A stretch of 64,000 nucleotides of DNA, from the IMG/VR virus record IMGVR_UViG_3300037225_000932, positions 64,001 to 128,000 of that record; one strand, given 5' to 3'. The notes under the pieces are model-generated. The model worked only from the letters and a program-made list of their open reading frames with translations. It was not told the origin of the DNA and did no database searches. The position numbers and the translations under genes are program-made. This DNA comes from a virus. Each line of letters opens with the position of its first letter. Position 1 is the first letter of the stretch. Of this stretch, positions 22,401-28,158 are shown in pieces.

Positions 22401-22426
22401 ATTTTAACAAAGTTTTAGACAGATAA
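16430..22426 (+). CDS. prohead protease / scaffold polyprotein
   Basis: NDNGDAF, PIFCNH, GTSMGC, FIEDSFVVNPA resemble HK97/herpes-type maturation proteases; long acidic C-terminal region; directly upstream of capsid genes. Confidence 0.8.
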   Translation: MSFMKKAKYLEQIKFDVLNLPNWKEYNLKMVKIASVDKNTNLGGFDIEAMIKEKPEHLFIKIFAIKKDEVNDNGDAFSEVELKKAAKTFIGVPIFCNHQNDDIEKARGKCVHAWYDDPSEGIYIIAMVDRIAYPRLARGVEEGFISGTSMGCSVDHSCCSVCHQRASVADEYCDHIKNRKNKKFSGKIECQYHNSPCEPKDNCPVCGKMKDETRELEHKEAKIYEHNFDVKFIEDSFVVNPACHSCLVQEVFNVSELAKKVANLKELVVKLGSNCPTGTCSIAENKMIKEAGMLEIEYLTDAMEKIEKVAKSMMAQKANISLEYVSDLVETLANVQSIADELIEMGYAQLPSPDIIKADSDINLTKPAMPIVSPPVQSPVKTPSAPDISTQDIGGVGSITKPKISSIEEKKKEFTKVFGNLKDRLAILAEKIQNYPDNYNKLNIKESIGMVNNKVSEQGVIEKTAAHDTSVITEKQLDNAKFTGERTNISPEVITEKQLDKPKDVNVTTSETPQKRTGSPDVITEKQLEQIKSGYVVRWNDFPEVITEKQWTDASRLMGSLLSVDQTQVITEKQLNDFLSKHSYAELDVITEKQLEASKTEQTKRWANSKEIVKTAMEAISDTIAYYGKTPQEIKEAINYLTKSSKVLDKAAFVSLINALPNKTNEIKNDKQKFMYFSKLASTSVNTSNTVESLLNSVSSRLEKFSTDDIFSAIKTITASEKGMEQVENIAKTKMQSGIENVNEVDKVAQFENAINELNRPEDGSYQVLAGLSEIEAKPTDKKAFLKGVIKVAIKEINDNKVKVALTKVDIDEENSVVVATLKNVENLNEEEKKTVAQFDDWMNKDMELLEPKDSNIFDPTTDIDTETPEGIFADEDFFPTDEEDMAGLDIDPKEIDEEDNENLKLVRHGMPGMSTMDNPLTASRKENRENLVKEAQMFGGEMGGQAGASQGPGAGATLPTPPGAAPAGGTPPLESFEKSDMGADLAGDAEDMSAKPPGSLCPVCGSTDLDIIKGTGKCNNCGSEMVFEIDVKVTKWSGLTGEKEEEKEGEKETEGAGFEMPPTETPTAPPAAPAGAGLAEQPPAMASNKDIIKLGEFAEFTKLTPSSIKKLSESKIKLGSISPITGNSNTLSLGGKKMLCLDTGIPYELDYVVNIKNPKEIYARWIWNPTIKIACESCSRAKQSFVEALKKLQVTEEQFDALDIKEKGNTIIAMQNKGLLKQIKTASVKDSSVISEMKKAMTSLYGNKFPSEMCRQKLAIRFGKNAIALSGPCEGKPLYECVCNSLKKAGVYSNGLAIKVAEIWSDKDASSECMEDYVRMGFELKQASTICSSIKSKYAQMDDMLVDEMSNSVEPNVEEEPMVEENIVDIEPFSRENMEENMEEETEGVTITLPLDVIEQLDKAVDVAMGENPENEEHHQVDVPKTDVSIEVPEGAAKEIDEVADKVLDENLGTETGEEENKEEGSEETGVVETTEVEPTSEGGKIETTEIEPVNIGEEEVKPITTEQTSNLPPALVENIKDKEDGEKPSEVSDKSTQTLEERVEKLEEKSENKTEKPVENKEEKKEKPKETEQSEEKPENKEGKETEVVEEVKEEEKQELADEGEQYKEGKPEMTETSIEDIVKEANTMKPGYIGRTGRVGLDLSGVMNVLNKKSQNINENVNLKSKDRDLGNAKEKAVQQENAQESKDIGKVKDNKTMGEESKFDAKKPEVPTGDALVGKEKEIKEIDPPKIPAGSSAMGEEQLEGGDTRATGGSQGQGNSRAASTRDKLTAMAERIQNIMNKKAEEKKLAPKEPVSKDKDIQPINGDSQIGDEKEVKAIEVKTTDVETKDGFLGKEKETFKDKPSSPKDNPSIPAGGGKFKNEKNVPEKQEKDKGTVIAKSEDGKKIEAEAFRVAGRMLERGQIKADQLASKVSELKGYKMAQLHDIENAMFSAKKGLNTVADGIEFPVVIGEESNHRSSQAELSNKLSSLFTLSKMNKKAQEIDLDFNKVLDR
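17840..18214 (+). repeat. six dispersed VITEKQ(L/W) peptide repeats
   Basis: six copies in the translation of 16430..22426. Confidence 0.85.
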
Positions 22427-22448
22427 GTATTTTCAAGGAGATACAAAA

Positions 22449-22982
22449 ATGGCATTGATTCCGATATTTCAAGTAGTAGCAGATGAATATTATGTTGATC
22501 CTAACTGGACAACTGATATTCTCGCGGGCAACTTCGTAACTCTCAGTGGTGGATATGCTGTCAGAGCAAATGGTAATACAGACTCGATTTTAGGTGTAGC
22601 TGGTGATACTCAAAGCACAAGCTCTTCTGTCACTCCATATGCTACACAATTAATTATTAATGGCGCAGGACAAAAAAGATGGACAGAAAATAGAGTAAGC
22701 GATTTTTACAATGAGACTGGAGCTTCAGGAAAAATCACAATCTATACTAGCGGTGGCAAGTTTGCAACCGATCTTTATGGAACTATGGTTACTACTGCTA
22801 CAGCTAATAGTCTATACGTAGGAACTACAGGTAAACTAACTTCCTCAACTCCAGGCGGAACAGCTAATGTTGTTGCAAAACTTGTAGCTGCTCCAACAGC
22901 GTGGCCAAGTGGTGTTCCTGGCACTGATGTTAGCGGTTCTACTTCTCTCGGTACCTATATTACATTTGTTCTTCAAATATAA
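22449..22982 (+). CDS. capsid decoration/cement protein
   Basis: 177 aa G/T/S-rich, ASGKITIY motif, between scaffold and capsid genes, AAGGAG RBS. Confidence 0.7.
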   Translation: MALIPIFQVVADEYYVDPNWTTDILAGNFVTLSGGYAVRANGNTDSILGVAGDTQSTSSSVTPYATQLIINGAGQKRWTENRVSDFYNETGASGKITIYTSGGKFATDLYGTMVTTATANSLYVGTTGKLTSSTPGGTANVVAKLVAAPTAWPSGVPGTDVSGSTSLGTYITFVLQI

Positions 22983-23062
22983 TTAAGTTTTTTTTAACTA
23001 ACTATCATTTTAGGGTTTGTTTACGAATACCTAAAAAATAGACAATAAAGGAGTTTTTTTTC

Positions 23063-23926
23063 ATGGCTTTAAACAAATTAACTGACACACAGAAAGAAGA
23101 AATTATTGCTCAAGCACTAGAAACTGACGAAGGTAGAGTTGCGTTAGCTCAAGCGATGGTCGAGCCAATACGCCGTTCGTTAGAATATCAGGCAGTAGGT
23201 CGCAAACTGTTAATGGTAGATGAGTTACCACAAGGCGCACTCGCTCGTTATGAGAGAGATGTTGCTGCCGTAGCTTGGGTTATTTCTCGTAGAGGTGCAG
23301 TTCCTGATCAAATCCAAGAGGGCGAGGAAATTTTGGTTCCTACTTTTGAAATCGCTGCTCATCCAACCGTTCGTCTGTCTGAGATCAAAGCTCGTAGATT
23401 CTACATCGTAGATAGAGCTCAGATCAAGGCTAAAGAAGCTATTCAAAAGGAAGAAGATACTAATATTTTTAGCGCTGCATTAGCTGCTGCAACAAACAGC
23501 GGTAATGTCGTAATTAACTTCGGTACTCTTTCAACTGCTTCTTTAAATGAAGCCTTCCGTATGATCGAACAGCACGACCTTGTTGCTACTAAGATCGTTA
23601 TGCACGCTAATCAGTTCGCTTCTGTTAGGGCATTCGGTAAGACTTTCTATGATGAAGCAACTCAGAGAGAAATTATAACAACTGGTCTTTATGGTCACCT
23701 ATATACTGCTGACATTCACGTTAGCTCTCGTATGGATAGCTCTACAGTTCTAGTTGTAGCTTCTCCTGATACCGTTGGAGCTTTCCCAATTCGTCAAGAT
23801 ATTACCGTATTACCTGCTGATGATCCAAAGAAACTACGTCTAGGCTGGGTAATATACGAAGAAGTTGGAATAGTTATAGTAAACGATTATTCGGTTTCTC
23901 GTATTAATGTAAGCTCTGCTACTTAA
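23063..23926 (+). CDS. major capsid protein (HK97 fold)
   Basis: GRVALAQAMVEPIRRSLEYQAVGRKLLMVDELPQG...LGWVIYEEVG; strong RBS; terminator follows. Confidence 0.9.
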   Translation: MALNKLTDTQKEEIIAQALETDEGRVALAQAMVEPIRRSLEYQAVGRKLLMVDELPQGALARYERDVAAVAWVISRRGAVPDQIQEGEEILVPTFEIAAHPTVRLSEIKARRFYIVDRAQIKAKEAIQKEEDTNIFSAALAAATNSGNVVINFGTLSTASLNEAFRMIEQHDLVATKIVMHANQFASVRAFGKTFYDEATQREIITTGLYGHLYTADIHVSSRMDSSTVLVVASPDTVGAFPIRQDITVLPADDPKKLRLGWVIYEEVGIVIVNDYSVSRINVSSAT

Positions 23927-23954
23927 TATCTGAAAACACAATAGGATAAGATAA

Positions 23955-23992
23955 AAAGAGAACCTGGAGAAATTCAGGTTCTCTTTATTTTT
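23955..23992 (+). terminator. intrinsic terminator after capsid gene
   Basis: AAAGAGAACCTG-N8-CAGGTTCTCTTT followed by T-rich tract. Confidence 0.85.
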
Positions 23993-24065
23993 ATTAAAGA
24001 AATATTTCCAAATATCTCGAATATTAATAATATAATAGAATATCTCAAAAGAAGACGGAACAGAA

Positions 24066-24238
24066 AGATACCCCGGGACACGGGGAAATTTACGCTTCAG
24101 AACAGAAATAAAAACTCTGTTATTCTTTCTTGAAAGAGTAAGGATGAGATTGAACCTCTACTTAAAAGACAGAAAAAATTTAAGCAAGCTTGATCGTTGA
24201 ATGAAGAATCCGCTAAGATTTATCTAGCGGAGTGTCAA
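24066..24238 (+). mobile_element. IS200/IS605-family right-end remnant (tnpB 3' tail / omegaRNA region)
   Basis: encodes IPRDTGKFTL (TnpB C-terminus-like); ends AAGAATCCGCTA..TAGCGGAGTGTCAA, a hairpin plus terminal TCAA. Confidence 0.65.
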
Positions 24239-24253
24239 TGTGAGCCACTGGAT

Positions 24254-24434
24254 TTAATTTTAGACTATTCTGCTAGTTGGGGAGCCTAGAATGTTAGAAG
24301 CAATCTCTAATGGCTATAACTATATAGGAATTGATCCTTTAACCGCTGATAGACTAAATATAATGATGAAATATTTTAATGGAAAATATCAAGTAATAAA
24401 GGGATGTAGTGAGAATGAAAAAAATGAAGCATAA
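24254..24434 (+). pseudogene. DNA methyltransferase fragment
   Basis: ILDYSASWG / frameshift / RMLEAISNGYNYIGIDP, a SAM-binding motif; no start codon. Confidence 0.6.
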
Positions 24435-24768
24435 AACTAAAAAAATTATTATAAAAACAGCAGAAGTTGACGAAGAAATCGTTCCAATCGTTAAATGGCT
24501 TAATAGTTTTGAAGGTATTCAAACATTATATTCCTGTCAGGGAGGGAATATAGACTTTGAAAGTTATATTTCTTTTGTTAGCGACAATTATGAAAACATT
24601 ATTAGCGTATTAGAAACAATTCGCAACATTCAAAATCAAAATGAAAAATGTTTCATGAGAACAGAAGTAGATTATAATAATAGTATATTTCCACTTAGAT
24701 ATACAATTAGATGGTATGATAATAAAAGTATGCTTGATTTTTGTAGATTTTTAAGAAATAAAAAATAG
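24409..24768 (+). CDS. hypothetical protein
   Basis: VDEEIVPIVKWLN..GIQTLYSCQG, a common phage motif; start uncertain. Confidence 0.7.
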   Translation: MRMKKMKHKTKKIIIKTAEVDEEIVPIVKWLNSFEGIQTLYSCQGGNIDFESYISFVSDNYENIISVLETIRNIQNQNEKCFMRTEVDYNNSIFPLRYTIRWYDNKSMLDFCRFLRNKK

Positions 24769-24830
24769 ATAAAAGAGTGTATTCATTAAAAAAATTATTT
24801 TTAATCCATCACTTAAAAAATGATGGATTT

Positions 24831-25289
24831 TTATTTTTTCCATACACCAATATATTTAACTAATGATGGAAATATAAGACAAATATTATCTTCATTTTGT
24901 GTTGCTTCTATTTTTCTTGATTTTAGAAAATCTACCCAGGCTGGTGTTGGATATAAGAATATCCCTTCTGGAACATCCGAGAAAGTATCATAGTTAAAAA
25001 ATTCATTTTCTTTTCCTACGATTTTTGTTGTCTCGGGATGTTTTTCGTAAATATCTGCAAATTCTTGTAGTATTTTTTTTGCTGACATAGAATTTGAATT
25101 TAATATTTTTATAGATCTTATTGGTTTATACATTGATACCACTTCTCCGTATCCTAAAGCTTTTTGAGGATTTGTAGTAAAAAATGTAGCAGATGAAAAC
25201 CTTGGTTGAGGATTTGGGTCTGGTTTGGGAGTGCCACGATATAAAACAGGAAAATCAACTAAAGATTGAGATAATTTATACCAGTTCAT
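24831..25289 (-). CDS. ADP-ribosyltransferase-fold-like protein with MNWYK leader
   Basis: start reassigned to MNWYKLSQ; VLYRGT...FFTTNPQKALGYG. Confidence 0.6.
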   Translation of the reverse strand: MNWYKLSQSLVDFPVLYRGTPKPDPNPQPRFSSATFFTTNPQKALGYGEVVSMYKPIRSIKILNSNSMSAKKILQEFADIYEKHPETTKIVGKENEFFNYDTFSDVPEGIFLYPTPAWVDFLKSRKIEATQNEDNICLIFPSLVKYIGVWKK

Positions 25290-25485
25290 AATGTGTTTTA
25301 CTGTTAAAAAATACATTTACCTTTAATAATAATAATTTTGCGCAAAATAAAAGGATAACACTATTTTGTCTTGTATTATATATTAAGATATTTAATATAT
25401 TTCTTAAAAAAACAAAAAGGAATATTTTTATTTGTCTTGTATAAATAGATAACATTAAAATATTTTTCAAGGAGAATGATATAAA

Positions 25486-25971
25486 ATGACTACAAAAATT
25501 AGTGCGATAGCAAAACCAAGAATACTTTTAACTGGCACTTTAATTACTAAAGCAGGTAAAAAAGTTTCTCTGGTAAGTTATGATTGGTCAAACATAGCGG
25601 ACAAATCTGTTCCAGCATCCGTTCACTCTTATGCTGATTATCAGACATTTCTTAATAGTGTAACTATTACAATGACTACTGTTTATCCGTCAGTAACATA
25701 TAGTAATATACATGCAAGTAGTTCTCGTATAAGAGGTCTTCTCTCAACAGATCAAAACCATGCTAATATTCTTTATAATTTTAGTTTAAAACATCCATCC
25801 CCAAATGATTGTAACGTTTATTATGAAGCATTCACTTTGAAGAAAAATTCTGTTAAACTAACAAGTCATGTAACTATTGCTGATGGAACAATGTTCCCAA
25901 TCACAGCATTAGTTTTGTATAGAGGCCAAATAGGTGAAGTAAATAGAGTTTATATTAGACTAACTAACTAA
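25486..25971 (+). CDS. hypothetical beta-rich protein
   Basis: AAGGAG RBS; terminator follows. Confidence 0.7.
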   Translation: MTTKISAIAKPRILLTGTLITKAGKKVSLVSYDWSNIADKSVPASVHSYADYQTFLNSVTITMTTVYPSVTYSNIHASSSRIRGLLSTDQNHANILYNFSLKHPSPNDCNVYYEAFTLKKNSVKLTSHVTIADGTMFPITALVLYRGQIGEVNRVYIRLTN

Positions 25972-26003
25972 TTAAACATATTTATTAAACATATTTATTA
26001 AAT

Positions 26004-26044
26004 AAAATAAGAAGTTCACAAATTGTGAACTTCTTATTTTATTT
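26004..26044 (+). terminator. bidirectional hairpin terminator
   Basis: 17-bp perfect inverted repeat AAAATAAGAAGTTCACA/TGTGAACTTCTTATTTT. Confidence 0.8.
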
Positions 26045-26104
26045 AATAAAGGAAGATATATTTTTTGATAGTATAATAAATATACTATTTTATCAGGAAA
26101 TAAT

Positions 26105-27412
26105 GTGACAATTTATAGACCCATCCCATATAAACAACTACAGATTGTATATCCAGATCCAACCGGTGAATCTTTAACTTTTATTAATGACAATTTTAAG
26201 TCAATAGCAGACATTTTAGAGTCAGGAAGTTATTCTGGATTTTCTGGCTATTCAGGAACATCTGGTTATTCAGGAATGGGAATGTCAGGTTATTCTGGAA
26301 ATTCTGGTTACTCAGGTTACTCTGGACCGTCAGGTTACTCTGGTTATTCAGGAAAATCGGGTTATTCAGGATACTCAGGAGTAGGAATATCAGGTTACTC
26401 TGGTTATTCTGGAGTGTCAGGTTATTCAGGTATAAATGGGTCAATTGGGTCTTCGGGAACATCAGGCTATTCTGGTTATTCAGGAACAGGAATATCTGGA
26501 TACTCTGGATATTCAGGAGTTTCTGGATATTCAGGACCAAGTGGATACTCTGGATATTCAGGACCAAGTGGATACTCTGGATATTCAGGCTATTCTGGTT
26601 ATTCAGGAACAGGAACATCAGGCTATTCTGGTTATTCAGGAACAGGAACATCAGGTTATTCTGGTTATTCAGGAACAGGAATATCAGGATACTCTGGGTA
26701 TTCAGGCCCAAGTGGTTATTCAGGATACTCTGGAATATCTGGTTATTCAGGTTATTCTGGAACGTCTGGTTATTCAGGATACTCTGGAATATCTGGTTAT
26801 TCAGGTTATTCTGGAACGTCTGGTTATTCAGGTTATTCTGGAACAAGTGGTTATTCAGGTTATTCAGGTTATTCTGGAAAGTCTGGTTATTCAGGTTATT
26901 CTGGAACGTCTGGTTATTCAGGTTATTCTGGAACAAGTGGTTATTCAGGTTATTCAGGTTATTCTGGAATATCTGGTTATTCAGGTTATTCTGGAACAAG
27001 TGGTTATTCAGGTTATTCTGGAACGTCTGGTTATTCAGGTTATTCTGGAATAAGTGGTTATTCAGGTTATTCTGGAACATCTGGTTCAACTGGAGATATG
27101 GGGTTAAGTGGGTATTCAGGTTATTCTGGCACTTCCGGTTTAGATGGAGCTAGTGGATACTCTGGTATGGTATTATCTAATTCTTTATTATTTAATTCTA
27201 CATCAGATTGGTCAGGCCCAACTTTAGGATCATATTCTATAACTTTTTCTCATAATCTTAGTTCTAATTATATAATATGTAATGTATTTGACAATAACAA
27301 TAACATAATTTTTTCTGATATAGTAGATAATGATATTAATACTGTTATCGTAAAAGTTTCATCAGTGCCAGACAATAGGTTTGCTGGTATCGTAACGGTT
27401 TTTGCTCATTAA
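26105..27412 (+). CDS. Gly-Tyr-Ser triplet-repeat fibre protein
   Basis: long (SGY)n core with small globular ends; C-terminal ITFSHNL motif seen in fibre proteins. Confidence 0.75.
   Translation: MTIYRPIPYKQLQIVYPDPTGESLTFINDNFKSIADILESGSYSGFSGYSGTSGYSGMGMSGYSGNSGYSGYSGPSGYSGYSGKSGYSGYSGVGISGYSGYSGVSGYSGINGSIGSSGTSGYSGYSGTGISGYSGYSGVSGYSGPSGYSGYSGPSGYSGYSGYSGYSGTGTSGYSGYSGTGTSGYSGYSGTGISGYSGYSGPSGYSGYSGISGYSGYSGTSGYSGYSGISGYSGYSGTSGYSGYSGTSGYSGYSGYSGKSGYSGYSGTSGYSGYSGTSGYSGYSGYSGISGYSGYSGTSGYSGYSGTSGYSGYSGISGYSGYSGTSGSTGDMGLSGYSGYSGTSGLDGASGYSGMVLSNSLLFNSTSDWSGPTLGSYSITFSHNLSSNYIICNVFDNNNNIIFSDIVDNDINTVIVKVSSVPDNRFAGIVTVFAH
26222..27166 (+). repeat. degenerate 9-bp tandem repeat encoding (Ser-Gly-Tyr/X)n
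   Basis: roughly 100 triplets of the tcWggNtaY type. Confidence 0.95.
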
Positions 27413-27447
27413 AAAGGAAATATTTATATTTTTTAGTATATTTAATT

Positions 27448-27777
27448 ATGCCAATGTTTAAGAGCAAAATTTTGGTGCAAGCAGGAATAGCTGTTAATTA
27501 TTACTATACGACTATAGCTTATGCTTTATCTGTAAATGATTGTGTTATTGAAGCTAATGCTACTTCGGCAGCTTTTAATCTTACTTTACCAAGTGCGATT
27601 GATATATCTGGACAATTTTATTTATTAAAAAAAACAGATTCTTCTGCCAATATCGTTACAATAAAAACCACAGGAGAACAAACTATAGATGGAGCATCTT
27701 CTTATCTTTTAGAATTATTTAATGAATTTGTAGAATTAGTTTCTAATGGTTCAAATTGGATAGTTGTTTCGGAGTAA
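27448..27777 (+). CDS. small putative virion/fibre protein
   Basis: FNLTLPSA...LKKTDSSANIVTI...TIDG...LVSNGSNWIV, a module common in phage fibres. Confidence 0.7.
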   Translation: MPMFKSKILVQAGIAVNYYYTTIAYALSVNDCVIEANATSAAFNLTLPSAIDISGQFYLLKKTDSSANIVTIKTTGEQTIDGASSYLLELFNEFVELVSNGSNWIVVSE

Positions 27778-27780
27778 AAA

Positions 27781-28140
27781 ATGGCAAATAAAAAAGTTTT
27801 AGTAACTAATGCGGATAATACTGTAATAAATGTTGCACAAGATGACTCGGTAACTCTTCTTCGTCGTATTCTTAAAGTTCTTGAGAGTAATGCTGTAGTA
27901 GATTCAGTCCAAAGACAAAGAGTAGCAGTAGAACAAGGAACTGCTGCTAACTTAAACTGCACCATTGCAGGAACGGCTTCTACTACAGCGGTAGCATCTA
28001 CAGTTAATATGGGACAAGTAGTAGTAAACTTCGGTGGCCAAGCACAATCAGCAGCAACCCAAATTGATAGTCGTTTTTTTATAATTGATACAGCAAGAAA
28101 CGCTTATGCTAATGGTATTAGATCTAAATTGACATGGTAA
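27781..28140 (+). CDS. putative virion structural protein
   Basis: 119 aa tightly packed in the fibre operon. Confidence 0.65.
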   Translation: MANKKVLVTNADNTVINVAQDDSVTLLRRILKVLESNAVVDSVQRQRVAVEQGTAANLNCTIAGTASTTAVASTVNMGQVVVNFGGQAQSAATQIDSRFFIIDTARNAYANGIRSKLTW

Positions 28141-28158
28141 AAAATATAGGATAATAAT

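Noticed and set aside
26196-27089. ORFs 26196..27089 (-) and 26436..27053 (+)
   Set aside because: Shadow frames of the SGY repeat
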